Positions 27,800 through 42,294 of a stretch of DNA of 64,000 bases are shown here, in pieces. The notes below the pieces were generated by a model, which ran no database searches, was not told where the DNA came from, and saw nothing but the letters and a program-made list of their open reading frames with translations. The translations under genes and the position numbers were made by a program. The DNA is from Mytilus edulis (Eukaryota). The stretch covers positions 42,656,001 through 42,720,000 of the forward strand of contig NC_092355.1 of the NCBI RefSeq assembly GCF_963676685.1. The letters run 5' to 3'. Position 1 is the stretch's first letter. Each line of letters starts with the position of its first letter.

Positions 27800-27970
27800 G
27801 AAATCCATTAAAAGCGGAAAGACTCTGTTGTTAAGGACTTGCGTTTGCAAATAACTTATCTACAAGACAATCAAAAGGTTACAACAAACATTTAACAGAT
27901 ATTTCGATGTCAGAGTCAAGCAGGTATGATAAAAAATCAAGGCAATCGTTATACGCCAAAGGTAAGGACG
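27800..27970 (+). promoter_or_regulatory. Candidate non-coding leader exon and splice donor for cGLR copy 2
   Basis: Shares a 17-mer with 3519-3535. Donor AAG|GTAAGgacgta (GT at 27962) lies 440 bp before the acceptor at 28400-28401. Confidence 0.5.
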
Positions 27971-29202
27971 TACATGTATAACATAAATATTATTATAATT
28001 CAAACATACTTGTAATCAACCACTTTGTGATCAATGCTTCAGTTACATCGATGATTTTTAGTGTTAGTCCTGTACCGGTGGTAGTAAACTATGTTTTTGA
28101 TGGTATGGTGTGGCTATTATATCATATATATATATATATGTTCCTCCTCGATATGTAGCTCCTTAAGTAATTACGCATCTTTACTTTCATATTCTTAAAA
28201 CCATCTTGTTAATAGAAATACAAATGTGCTGGACAACGAACTGTCTTTTAAACAATAGAAAGACAAAATATAATATTATTTGATAAAATAGCATGACCCT
28301 CTTTTCACATAGAACCGCGAGAAATGTTATCAAAGACGGGAAGAAAATAATATTGTGTAAAAGATAAGTAATGCTATCTTCTTTATATTTTTTTTTTTCA
28401 GATTTATGATATGAGTAAAACCGAGGAAAAAAGAACTTAGGATCTCTTAAGATTTACCAGTATCTTTGTAATGTCATTGGAACGGAGGAAGTCGTGAAAA
28501 CAAGACGAAATATTTTTTGTGCAGTTGATAGTTTTTTTCAAATAAAAAAACCTACAGTTATTAGTACTGGAAGTAAAGCCGAAGGTCTGGACATCAAAGG
28601 GAGTGATTATGATCAAATGTTTGTTGATAACGACTTCCAGGTTCACGAAAACAAGAGTGAAGTAGCATCCTTCGCTTAGAAAAACATAATAATGGACATT
28701 AGTGACACGAAACCAGGATTTACGAAGCTCAAGTTGAATAACCCACGACTCATATACGTATGGGGTATAAACCATTTGGTGGAGATTGTAGAAGGAGAAG
28801 CATATATTTCAAGTAAATTATTTCGTGAGGTTGATTTGTCACATGATATGGTAATTCATGGGCCATGTAAAAGTGATTCAAAAGATAACAAATTAGTTAT
28901 GTCTGTTATAAAGCTCGGAGTTTTGTTTGTGCCTATTGGATGTAAAGGATCTTTGAATGCAGATTTCGAATGGCGGATATCATTTTCTATGGAAGAAAAG
29001 CAACTTATTTTTTTCTTTTCTCATACCCAGTTATTTTGTTACGGACTGCTGAAAATAATTTTGAAAGACATTATTCAAAAGAAACACTATGATCTTATTT
29101 GTTCATATTTTCTTAAAACTATAATGTTCTGGTTATGTGAAGAATCAAGTCCTTTAGAATGGCATCCTCGTTATATGAATTGCTGTTTTATGAACTATTT
29201 AA

Positions 29203-31561
29203 GGGCATCCGATACAGTTTCAAGGGAGTTAACTCTTGGCGCGACGTTAAGCGTTTGAATTCCTGCAAAACGTCACTTTTTTCGGGACGTAATGCGTGAA
29301 ATTTTCCGTAATTAGAAACGTAATGTGGATTTTTCGATGCTCCAATTTTTGTTTCTCCCGCATCTAACTTCTACACCATTAATATTAGTGCATTTGATTC
29401 TAACAGGATAACAGTATAATAAAGCCATAAGAAATAAAACACATTTCTGTTTCTGTGAGATCTTCAACAAAATATCGTATAGTTTGCAATCTCAAGATGA
29501 CTGACCCTTTTGGTGTTACTAATATAAACAATGCATGTCCATTATCATTTTTGATATGGGGAAGGCGCTACCTTAAATGCCAGCTTAATACCAAGACTAT
29601 GTCCTATAAATTGATTGATTGATTGTTGATTGCAGTGGCAAATATTTCATGCAAAAATTTTGACGGGACGTATTATGGTATACGTCTGTCCGTCGTAAAC
29701 ATGGTACAGCATATTATCATAATGTCATGGTTGGTTTTTTTCATGATAGTCAAACTATCTTTATTCTTTTTTGTGAACTTTTTGAGTAACTAAAACAGGG
29801 GTGTTTTTTCACAGTCCGCGCTGTATCTCAAAAACGATTTATGGTTATTGCTGAAAGCTTTACACACTTCTTAGTGATATGAATTTAAAGATCTGTATAC
29901 TTTTTGAGGATGGTTTAAATTTTATTTTTAGAGTTATTGAGTTTATAAAAAAAGAGTGGGTTTTCACATGTCGCGCCGTATCTCAGAAACTATTGAAAAT
30001 TATTGCATAAAAAAATTCACATATACTTGTTAGTTAAATTATTCTTAAGATCTGTATATTTTTTCGTGATGATTCTTAAATTCATTTTTGAGTTCTCAGT
30101 GAATTTTTATTGAGCTACAATTTGGTATCATAGAAAACATGTTGTGATATAAAACTTCCTTTTGAGCAGGAATAAGGAATGAGTCAGGATATACTTCCCA
30201 TGACGTCCTGTACCACCCCTGTGTTGTTTTAAAAACATGTATTATGGTTTTTTTATAAGACGACGAGCGTATGATGCGCTCGTAGTGCAGCTGTTTATTT
30301 TGAAATGACGGAATGACACCAAATACAATGCAATTTCCAATATAATTAATATTTACGAATTGCACAGGGCCTAACTCTTTTAAAGGATAGTTGATATGCA
30401 CTGACTTTCGAACGTGTCCATACGATATCAGTTTAATAGATTAACAACTATAGGTCACTGTACGATCTTCAACAATGAGAAAACCCATACCACATAGTCA
30501 GCTATAAAAACTGTGAATTTTAAAACTGTTAAAAAGCCTCCCAATTTTATTCAATTGTTATCATTGACCCGAATAAAAGTTTAATTTTATGAATTAAATT
30601 GTTAAATTCAAAAAAGTGATTAAAACGTGAATAGAGGAATTTAAAGGAGTATTATAATGAAACAGCATTCCACTATAAAACAACATAAAACAAAACAAAA
30701 ACATCTAGAGTTCAGCAACTGGTATAAATTAATACATACGTTAATACACGAGTGCGTACAGTACATGTACATGTATGTCAAGTTCTAAATTGCCGAGTCT
30801 TTAATTTTAAAATCTGTAAAAAGTATCAACATTCCGTAATCACTTTTCCTAAGATATTCTCACTTAGACCACAAACATAGAGATGTATTTATGATTTACA
30901 TGATTTTTTTTCCGAAAATAATATTACTTATTTATAGGTAGCTCTTTACAAGCAATATTTATACATCTGAAAAATGTCGCAGGTAATTTGCAACGATAAC
31001 GTCGAAAAAGTCTGCCATCGACGTCGTGCACTTTAGTGCTAACGTTGAGGTTACAAAAGGGGGGGCGCAATTTTTAGGATAAATCGCATTTATCATAGAA
31101 TCCAGCACGGTGACATATATCTTTTATTTGAAATTAGGAGAAAGCATGACAAAATGAAGTTTATGCAGAAAAATGATAAAAATGACATTTTTAGAAACAC
31201 TTTATTTCCATGTTTTTTGGATTAAAAAAATACCATTTTGAGCATCTGGTCCGCAAGGTCAAGCAAGGCTTAAATAGTTGTATAGACATTCGTGTAGGGA
31301 TTTATTTTTTCCGTATTGTCACTTATCACAGCTTCAAATTGAACCCGATCTTAATAATTTACTACGAAGAATATTTGCTCCAAAAATTTTATAACATTGC
31401 CTTCCTTTTTTTTACAAAATTGCAAAAATCTCCAATTTTAGCCTTAATTTTCTCGAAAACGAGCACGGTGACCTATGTTTTATTTTATAACTCACCAAGG
31501 CCTACAACATATTTCAAAACTATAAAAATGACATTATATCGAAAAACTGTATCGGATGTCC
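29203..31561. mobile_element. Non-autonomous TIR transposon with TTAA TSD (Kolobok-like) inserted in cGLR copy 2, with nested repeats
   Basis: TIRs gggcatccgatacagttt / aaactgtatcggatgtcc; TTAA at 29199-29202 and 31562-31565. Removing it restores ..NYLRRLIYCV. Confidence 0.85.
29660..30095 (+). repeat. Helentron/HINE-like fragment with ~155-bp internal tandem repeat, nested in the TIR element
   Basis: 5' gacgggacgtattatggtat..gtctgtccgtc. tttcaca(t)gtc(c)gcgc(t/c)gtatctca recurs at ~29807 and ~29962. Confidence 0.45.
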
Positions 31562-34109
31562 TTAAGACGACTGATTTACTGTGTGGCGTATAAAACCTGT
31601 CGCCATTATTTTATCCCAGAAAACAACCTTTTCGAATGCAGATTTACTGATTACCAACATAAATGTTTACTTGACTTATTAAATGATATTTACAATACGT
31701 TATGGATTTATGTTTTCCACACGGATACATTTTAAAGGTTTAGGGAAGAACATGGAATTTCATCATTACCTTATTTGACATCGTCTTCGCTATCATGTTT
31801 AACTTACCCGAAAATGCTAGGTAACTCTTTGTATTTTCTAAACAGGAAGAACATCATCACACGTTTAAGTGATACGAACAATACTGTATTATTAACATAC
31901 ATGATGTCCCTGATTTCAAAGTATTGGATGCAATCACCAGATAGAAACAACTATTCAGAAAGAAACAAATTGGTGTACAAACAATACAAGATCAGTTTAA
32001 ATTGCTTCAAGGCAGGACTTTATCCTGATTCTAATTCTGCTTGGTCATTATTGGCATCGTTATTTTATAAACATAAGAGGTTCAATGAATGTATAGATAT
32101 TGTAAACTACACTTTGTCAAAATGTACTCCGGACAAAATTATGTTCAGTTATTTACAAACCTGCTCGTGCATTTTTCATTGTTATTCAACGCAAATTTAT
32201 TTTCTAAGATACCTGGGACGATCTTATTTCACAAAGGATTTCCATTGTCTACTTATTGTACCTCGAACTTATTTACCCGATGTAGGTCTTTAAGTTGAGG
32301 TTCAATTCAATTAAAGTTAATCGGGCATGACTAATTAGATACGCCCTCTTAAAATCAGGGGGGGTCCGAAATAGGATTAGGAAAAAACACTTAGCAAAAT
32401 ACCTTAATTTACAATTTCAAGAATTTGTTTGATTCAAAGTGCTTTTGTTTGCTTAAATATCTTCGATCAATAATCAGGCGGTATTTTGTGGAAATGAATA
32501 ACCTTTTCCGAACCGGGAGATGTTGGCTGCAATAGGAATTAATTTATAAACAGTCCATATCTCATTTACTTATAGTGGCGGTTATTGATTGTAAATTCAT
32601 GACGTTTTGTATATGGCATTCGTCTACCGTGGAGAAAAAAGAGGGAAGGAGGGCTTAACTTACGAGTTCGATCATTATGGTTCAAATCTATTCTATTACG
32701 GCATACGTTTTACCTCTAGCGAACGCTCTGCCATATTGTAAAAAGTGCCACTCTAAATTTGAAAATATTTGCTTCAAATTGATCCACTTTAAATCTAGTC
32801 GTGAATATGCATGACATATTTGCCACTGGACACAAAGGAGCAATAAATTATTCAGCTTCATTTAGTGATTTATAATCATTTGTCCTCAGTTGATTACAGT
32901 TTCAAACAGTTTTCCAATTTTTATATATTTCATTTTTATTTACATTTGAATTCTTATGCGTAAATCTTAACATTTCTTCCATCATTTTTCTCTTTGCATT
33001 TAATCTTTTTTTTTTTAATATTAAAAAAAACGTTGTCGTAGTACACATCAGGGGTTACATTGTATAATTTCCAGCAAAACTAATAGGGGAGGGACTAGAA
33101 CAGAAAAACAATCTTCATTGAGTGGCAATAACTCATATATTGAAGCGTACTATGACGGCTCTCTCGTCTAGGTGACAACATTTGCTGTTTCAAGTTTATT
33201 TATATCTCAGACTGGTATAATAGTTGTCATAAAAGCAACAACAACAAAAAAAATGATAATGATGAAAACAAGGTTGACAACAATTTATAAAAAAGATTCA
33301 ACTTATTTTGAGCGTTTCATTTTTTTTTTATTATGTTGTCTTGCTGATCGGTTTTGTTATATATTTTTTTTCATCTACTATTGTTCTAGCAAAAGTCACA
33401 AAAAATGTTGTGAAAATCAGCCATGCGACTTATTTAAAAAGATTAAGCTGACCTTTCTTGTTGTTTATACATTTCAATCATTCAACTCGTGCGTAGATCG
33501 TCTTTCCCTCTTATGTTTTTTTAAGGTAAAGATAGCGTGGAATTCTCACTGCACAAGGCATCTGATATATATTCCTATTATATTTTGATCGGACAAAGCT
33601 GCGTACTTGCATAACCAATAAGCCAAACGAACGCACCCATTTAGCAAGGGTATACTGTGGGACGGAGAGGCCTAGAGATGTCAATATTTCTATACCCAAG
33701 CGAATCTTGTTTTTGAATAAAAGGAGATAAAGGTATACATGAATGCGACAGCAACCCAAAGACACAGATAAATAAAAATATTTAGAGTCAACATTCGGTC
33801 TTTTTTTATAGAACATTCCGTATACAGAATAATAAGCTCAAAACCGCGCCATGACTAAATAATAGTTATACGGAGTTAATTCAATAATATTTTCCGTCAA
33901 ATATTATATATCCGAAAAGGCACATTTGATTTAATATTATTTACCGTCAAAGATAATAATCCCAACAATCACAAGTAATTGCCATTTTTTAAATTTGATT
34001 GGTAAAAATTTAAGAAGTTTTAATATATGCGAGTAAAATAAAAACACTTCACTGTATAATAAAACGGTAAAATAAATAATGATAATGGATGACGACCAGC
34101 GGCGAATAA

Positions 34110-34430
34110 AATTAATATTCAGGACGATTACGTGTAAATATAATAAGAGTATTAACCCCGTTTTTTACTAGACTGACACGCTGAGTCGGTTTTTTATTAT
34201 CGTGTAAGTTCACAAGATATTAGTTCGCAGGAAGAAAAATCACCCAACCCGGACACATTTCCGACTCTGAGCCGGCCAGTCTGTGCTCTTACTCTATGAT
34301 TCCACGTGTTAAGCGTTGAAATAGAATACCAATTTAAATAACGTCTTTTTTTGACCCGTTCGGGATTCGAACAAATTTAATGATCTCCCACTCTCGAGGC
34401 GAACGCCCCCACACGAGACCAACCAGGAGA
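34110..34430 (-). mobile_element. Degenerate tRNA-derived SINE
   Basis: Minus strand gttcgaatcccgaacgggtcaaa (B box) followed by a body typical of bivalve SINEs. Confidence 0.6.
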
Positions 34431-36700
34431 GCGGTAGTGATCGGTTGTACAGAATATCATACCAAAAACTAAAGTACAATACACAATACAGTTTCACAGA
34501 ATTCTCACAGTTACTAAAGTGAGCTAAAAGTATCTAACCTTCATTGGATGCGTGAAATGATATTGTAAACTACACGTTAACATGGATGATCGACTTCATG
34601 GTAGATTTTATGGATCAAATTAAAAACTCTTGCACCTATTATTTAAGTGGTCCAAATATTGCCTGCTGTTTCAAGTCTTAATTTCTGTCCTTATTCAATA
34701 TACCCTCATTTTCTAGTGGTATTTTAAAGTTTCACGTCCAACCTCACTGTCGACCTCCTTTTGTACGACCTACATGTACCTATTGTATTTAAAATTTATG
34801 TGTTATAGTCATTAACAGGCGTGAAATATTTGCTACTGGACGTAAAGCAAACAACAATCAATCAATTTAATTAATTTCTCTGTTACAGTACTTAGCACAC
34901 AAAGACACGATCTTGTAAAATGCTATAATTACAATTTCCATTTAAATTTTTATGTTGTTTTCTTTTATCTTTTTTTTCGGGGGGGGGGGTCTCTCCAGTT
35001 TATTACATAACTGACTGCTTATTCAAAAGTTTTAAATATTTTTTTTACTATTGTTCTTATCTAATGTTTAAATACGATTTATAACATATGATTTTTTTTG
35101 TCAGGCAAGGATAAAACTAAGAAAGATAAAAGTTTTTTTCAGGTGTTTTTGCTTCATTTAGACATAAAAAGGGAATAACGGACGACTAAATGAAAGTGTT
35201 TGTTTTCATATAATATATTGAACTTGCGAATATATCTCACCCAACACGTTTTGATCGGGACAGTGAAACCAAGTTTAATACGGTTTTATTCATTGAAGTT
35301 TGCATGCATAGTTCTTATTTAAAAAATAACACAAATAAAGCAAGATCTATTAATTAATTGGACTGAATAAACAAAACTATTTATTTTGCATTCGCATGTA
35401 TCTTAATGTAGGAAAATTACCAAATCAGAAACAAAAGGAACATTTACCGGATGAATATTGTGAAGGACTTTATGCATCTAGGACTGTCCGATTAGAAGTT
35501 CTTAAACAAGCTGTTTAAAAAGTTAATTGTTGGAAGAGTTTACTTACTATTTTCTAAGGTCTGATCATTACGATTCTATTTCATGATTACTGACAGATAA
35601 AAACATCAAGTATATATAGCATGAAGTTGTTGGGCATAATATTCATTGGTCAGTTATAAATGAGGTCTGTATGAGGGTTTTGATTGCCTGATTTATTAAA
35701 TAAGAAATCGTTATTTTGAAAAGTTGGCTAAAAAAATATAAATTTAACTCCTAATTTTGTAAAACTATAATTTTGGTGTTATTTCGATGCTATTTTTTTT
35801 TTACATAAATAAATTATTATATGATGTAATTCCATTAAATCGGTCCGTTTTCATGTCAAGTTGGTAACTGTTAATTGTACATATCAGTCTGAGTACTGTT
35901 TAACTATCATTTCAGTTTAACATATTTAGACTCGTCCAGTTCAGGGGAATTAGGTTTCTGCAAGTGCTTTTTATGTACTTTTCTTAAATTTTTGACGGTT
36001 TGTAAGTCAGTAAAAGTTCAATGATTAAGTTAATATTGACATTAAAAGACCTCCTTACAAAAAGGCCTCTTCAAATCCCCTCGCCCTTCGGGCTCGGGGA
36101 TCTGAACACCCCTTTTTGGCAGCATACAATCGCAAACGCTTGTCTCCAAATTGCTAAAAGTATGATGTAAAAAGTAAAATCACAAAAATACTGAACTCCG
36201 AGGAAAATTCAAAACTGAAAGTCCCTAATCAATTGGCAAAATCAACAAATCAAACACATCAAACGAAAAGACAATAATTAGTTATTGTTACATTGGTTAT
36301 AACCGGTATATGTCATTTATGATTCAGTGTATAACACATAAATATTGCAAGTGTTCGTTGCCAAAAATGCAAATGACTGCAAATGTTAATATTCGACACT
36401 AAGTAGGACCTCCATAATGATCAACGGTCGTATTTGGTGATCGGATCTACATCACTGCTAGTTTTCAATTGACATGATTCCAAACACAGTCGTAAACCTA
36501 TACATATAAATGTATGTATAAAACTGTAATATGTATTAGGGAATATATGCTAATAATTTAATTTTGGATGTAACGTGTCTTCTGATTGGCTGCGTTATTT
36601 TGTTATGAGCCCATAGACATAATTTAGTCATGTGACCGTGACGTCATCAACGTTTTTTCATGGTTTTCTACGGTTTAAAATGGAATTTAGAATTAAATTA

Positions 36701-36855
36701 TAAGAAATGACTGTAATATTTTTTCTGTCTAGTCGAAATAACATAAAAAATGTGGTGCACACTGTTAAATAACCCGCTACGCGCGTTATTCAGTGTGCAC
36801 CAAATTTTTTATGTCATTTCTTGATAGACAGAAAAAATATTACAGTCATTCCTTA
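36701..36855. repeat. ~155-bp near-perfect palindrome (terminal hairpin of a non-autonomous DNA element)
   Basis: aatgactgtaatattttttctgtcta..ggtgcacactg mirrors cagtgtgcacc..tagacagaaaaaatattacagtcatt. Confidence 0.85.
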
Positions 36856-37154
36856 AATGAATTATAGAAATTTCATTTATTTCATTTATTTGAAATCATT
36901 CAATAATATACATATGACGATTTTCATCAGCATGTATAGTTACGAAATATTGCTGCTCAGTTATCGAAGTTTCTATAATTTTATATATAACAATGGATCT
37001 GTAAATTTAAAATTAAAATATGATAATAACTCTAAGGTAAATTCAGAACGAAATGGCAAAATCAAAAGCTCAAAAACATAAAACAAATGAAAAACAATTG
37101 TCATACTCTTGAATGGGAACAGGCGTTTGCTTATATAAAAAAAAGATGAATTAA

Positions 37155-37825
37155 GGTAGCACAATACAAAGATTTTATAACTCCAACTCCCAAGTTTTAA
37201 AATGCTGTAACTTTCTTAATAATGCTTGAAAATTTATAAAAGTGGTAGTTTTGGATAGCTAACAAATTACTCTTTCAAATAAATGCAATGTTAGTATTAT
37301 GCAACAATTATGTAACCAATTATTATGTTAACTGTGTCTAAAATATTTTTCACCAAATTTCCACTTTTAAATGAAATTAGCTTCTGCATAGGTATCCCTA
37401 GAGGGTTGATTTATTATATGTTGTTCCTATGGCCATTATCTACAAAAGAGTGTTTCATATTTCAGATAGAATGTATAGAACAAATTTTACACCTTATTAA
37501 ACATTATCTTCTTTTATGTGGTTAGGATGTTTACACTTATTAGAGATTTATGAGAGACAATCTGAAACAACCTTTTGAAGCCCATGATGTGTTGATTAAG
37601 ATTTCGTTAAAATTTTCTGTATAGTTATAGAGATGATAGAGCTAAATTCTTTCAAGTGAACTTGCCCAGATTTTGCAACTAATGACATAATAATTGATTA
37701 CATAATGATTACATAATAAAAATATTGCATTCATTTAAAAGATTAATCTTTTGTCTATCTATATATACATCTTTTATTATTTTCTATGCATTCATAAGAA
37801 AGTTACAGCATTTCAAAGGTTAGTA
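37155..37825. mobile_element. Second copy of the 26548 MITE, lacking the right TIR
   Basis: Colinear near-identity with 26548-27235. Confidence 0.85.
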
Positions 37826-40800
37826 ATTATTTTTATATTACTTGCAACATTCATACAATTTTTTGCTTTCGGTGATATGCTAATTCATCTATGCTCACAA
37901 TTCTCTCGATTAAAGGAAATTGCAAAGTAAAGATTGTAATTAGGTTTTCTCTTATAGCTACTACTTTTCAATATGCAATTATCAGTATATAATAATTTGA
38001 TCCAATATTTTACCATTCTATATTCTCTCTCTATACACAAAGATAGTCTACCAAGTTCACAATATACTGTGTTATTAACTGTACTCTTTTTTTAATTTCA
38101 GTATACGTTTTAGAAAATACATTGTTCATAAAAAGAAACCAATGGCAGAAATTATATCGTACTTTTGTTTCATCTTTATCTTAGTGTGATGTTAAACTGT
38201 CACTGCATGGTTTATTTATCTAAGTTATTTATTTTGCTGATTAATTTACATTTTGAGATAAAGGTTTAAGGGTCGATAAAGACATATAAGGTACTTAAAT
38301 GTCAATAACAGTTACTGATAAATTGAACCACTAATATTTTATTGGGTAAAACCTACACAAATCGAAAGTACAGTAACAGACACATTAATAAATAACTAAC
38401 ATATTCGGTGTTTACAAATGACAATCCGACATCAGAACCAGAAAGACGAAACACAAAAGAGTCTTTAAATAGGACCGCTACAGGGTAAGCACATACATAT
38501 ACAAATTACTATGGAGCAATGAGGCAGATTTATTTTTCTAAGTTTAAAAATAAGAATTATCTCATACATGTAGTTTGTATGTTTAAGATATCAAAAAGTT
38601 TTTAATGCAAAAATATTATTGTGAGTGAATACAAGGTATTCTAGTTTGTTTTTTTGCATCACTGTAAGAAGCTATCAGTTTCAAACGATATTCATGGCAT
38701 CTTGAAATGTATTCATAAACCCATATCAGTCCGTATGATGTGGGAAAGATTCTATTGATAACAAAGAGAAATAGAATTTGAAACATGTCCCAGAGATTTT
38801 AGTTACAGAAAAAAGTTAGTATGAGTATTCTTGTTTGCCAGATTGCCGATACTGGTTTATATCGAGTCAAATTCATATTGATAACTAATACGAGGGATAA
38901 AGAGTAGACATCTCACTTTATTAATGCGACATACAAAATCGAAAACTCTTTGAGGTCTCCAATTTCCTGAGTGTTCAAAATAGTTCTTAGCATGTTACAA
39001 TTTCCCAATTTTTTGGCACCTAAATTATTGAGGACATCAGTCTGCTCTTGTCATAAGTACATTTAATAGAGAAATATTGTACTTTCCTGAATACAAAAAA
39101 TTGAAACTATCTCTGTGCAGCACAGGTTAGAAAAATAAAGATAAAGATACTCATAAAGTAGGTATCTTTCGTACTTTTTCAGTGTGTCAGAAATCATATC
39201 TGATATTCTTCCTCAATCATAATAACCTTCCACCATTACCAAACTGAACAAACAAATAACACGACGGGTGCCGTAAACTGTGCAAGAAATGCTTACCCTT
39301 CCGGGGCACCTGATTTCACTTCCGGTTTTTTAGTGGAGTTCGTTTCGTGTTGTTTCTTTTTTATCATTTATAACTGTTGATTCCTTGACTCCTTTTTTTT
39401 AAGACTTGAAATACATTTATTGAAAATCACCTGAATACAATTTACCTTTTATAACCCAGGGAAGCATACACAAGGGGCCCTGTGTTTATAATGATCCATC
39501 GTCCATTGTGGAAAAAACAGTGGACTCTATTATAAAAAAAATCTATTTTATATTTTTTGCATATATAAGTTAAACATTCATATTACTTACACAGACAGAG
39601 TTTGGGTATAAAATATTTATAGCAGTCTACAGTATATAAAATACATCAAAAGTCCCCAAAAGACACACTACAATTTACCCAATAATTTACCTTAACTTAT
39701 AATTAACATTTAATTTTTTGTACTTTTAACAACTGGATTACATTGTAATGTGTCGGTCAGTGATTTTATAGGTCAAATGCTCGATATTGTAAATGCGTGT
39801 TTTGTTACTCCATGGCTTTGATTGTTATTGTCTTTTTCGTATACATTTTTTCTAAAAGTCGTTTTGAGTTTTACGAGCAATAACTGTCTTACTGGTCTAT
39901 CTATATTCAATGTTTACATCGAAATAAGGCGTGTTTTAATTTGCTTAGTAACTTAATTTCAGAATTTTCAATGTTGGCTGCATATCGATCAATTCCTTCT
40001 GATTTTTTTCACGGATTTTCTCTGATCGAGCTGAATATATATTTATCGCTATATTACGAAATGTTCCTATCATCTTGCTGACTGGTAATTCACTTTCTCT
40101 GCAAAGTCGAGCGGTAAGAAATATTATCGCTTGAAACTAAGGGGCACGTGGCCTGGTCAATGAAATTGACATGAAATTGACAACGTCGTCATAGGTGAAA
40201 TAGTGATCAACAGATTTAGGTCATCTCAACTCGATTACTTTTCTCACTTTTGCCGTATCGGCTGAAGCGAGAAAATCAATCTCTTTGAGATGATCAACGA
40301 AAATCTATAAATATAGACAAATAATAAGCATCTTTCAGAGAAGTATAGAGACAGTAATAACATAAATTGAAGTTGGCAATCAAGGAAGTAAATCGCATAG
40401 CAACATTTTAATCCAATTTTAAACCAAGCTTCTATAGTCTGCTGATCTCGTCGTTTGTTATTTTAGGAGGAAAATTATAACATTGAGTTGAAGTGGATTT
40501 TTTTTATTTCAACTTATTTCTATATTTCTATTTATAAGAACGTTTTTCCGTGAATCCATAATTGATAGCGTCCTATGTAAAATGGGACAAACATAGAAAA
40601 GATATAGTTTGTTCATATACTGTACTGTACTGTACCACCGCTGTCCCAAATAGAGGGTTGGCGCCTCCAAACATGTTCAACCCCGTCTCATTTTCAATGT
40701 GCCTGTCTCAAATTAGAAGCCTGTTATTCGTGTATTTTTATGTTTTAAATTAGTCCGTAGGTTTTCTCAATGTAATTGTTTCATATTTACCATGTCAGAA

Positions 40801-41957
40801 CCTTTAATAGACTATAAGTTCTTTATGTATAAGGCCGTACATTTACTTATTATTGCTCAAATACACTTCATTTGAACTTTGGTGGATAGTTATCTCATTG
40901 GAAATCATACAACATTCCCTTATATTTTATCAATCCGAATGTTTCGTCTCAGTTTTGTGGGAATTGTCAAATTTTAGTTTTTATAGGAAATATGCAGGGA
41001 TGAACTACTTACTGTATTATTAGTTACATAGTGTGCTAGTGACCTTATACGGTATATATGATAACAAATACAATTTGTTAGATTTAAATGTGTTTTATGA
41101 ATTTATTTCCATCTTAATAATCAATTTCTTCGTCTGTTGAAACCTTTAAGATTTTTTTCAGTACCTTTGTGTTTTTATAAAGGGACGTAATACCACTACT
41201 AACCGTGTATGAAATAAGCCCCGCCTCCTTACTAACCTTATATGAAATATACACGGTATCCACGCGGACGTTTTTAACCAATCATATTCCTAGAAATGTT
41301 TAGGAGGTAAACTTTAATGAATCCCATTTAATACGGGTTTATAATACTACACGGTTGAATATATTAACACAAAGAAGATACCTGACACCTTTGCAACATT
41401 TAAACAACCACATAAATCACATCTAACTTACAAATATGATACAGCGAGCAATAGAATGTTTTTAAGAGAGCTAAAACTTGTGTTAGTATAAGTTTCCACA
41501 CTAACAGGCACACATATTTATATAAAAAGATACATACAATCTCTCTATATGTTCCTCCGCTACATCGTCTATTGTTTATCAACCAATTATTGATAAACCT
41601 TTTTCACATTGTTCATAGATCGAATAAGGATCATACAAGTGTAGATTATGAACTATAAACTGATATTCGTAGTACATATTAAAGCTATTGTGTCACTTTT
41701 TAATTCATAAATTGATACCTTGTGATACAATATAACAAGCACCCTTCAATATTATCATATTGACCTATTTTTTGCGAACTAGATACATTCATAGTAACTA
41801 CAGTACTACCTTGACATACTCTGATTAAATGATGGCCTAAAAAATCTATGCATGATGTAGGCGCTATATGTTCATTATTCTAACCCCATTGCCTTATTAG
41901 TACACAAGGTATAAATCAAATCACCCGTCTACGGTAAAGGGAAATCATGATTGCGTT

Positions 41958-42294
41958 AAGTTTAAACATATTTATTTATAGTGGATTGGGAAACAAGTTT
42001 TGCAACTTATATTAATCCCTTTCCACTTTGCGGTAGCGAGTGCTGCCTTGTAGCGACATTAACCTACTCTACAAGGGTGCCTTTAACGTGCAAGAGATAT
42101 GGCTCTCTCTTAACATGGGTCAGCCATTTATCGTCCCCTTCCGACGGACTATCATCGTTTCCTTAAGACCATACTCGCAGATGGTGTCAAGGGAGAGCCA
42201 AAAATTGAGTTCCTGAAATTTTCCTCCCAAACGGAAATCGAACCAGGAACCCTTTTGTTGGTAGACCGATGCACTAACCACTACACCACGGCTC
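41958..42294 (-). mobile_element. Full-length tRNA-derived SINE (MetaSINE-like) with 13-bp TSD
   Basis: Minus head gagccgtggtgtagtggttag..ggttcgatttcc; body motif gcacgttaaagg. TSD tcatgattgcgtt at 41945-41957 and 42295-42307. Confidence 0.85.

Larger units (their letters stand above)
28411..36170 (+). pseudogene. cGLR paralog copy 2, fragmented (segments 28411-29202, 31566-~32149, ~36127-36170)
   Basis: STGSKAEGLDIKGSDYDQM and EWRISFSMEEKQL. Lesions: frameshift near the start, TAG at 28677, ~30-codon deletion removing the third-Asp region, TIR element at 29203-31561, TAA at 31733. The terminal IANACLQIAKSMM* remnant lies ~4 kb downstream. Confidence 0.88.
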
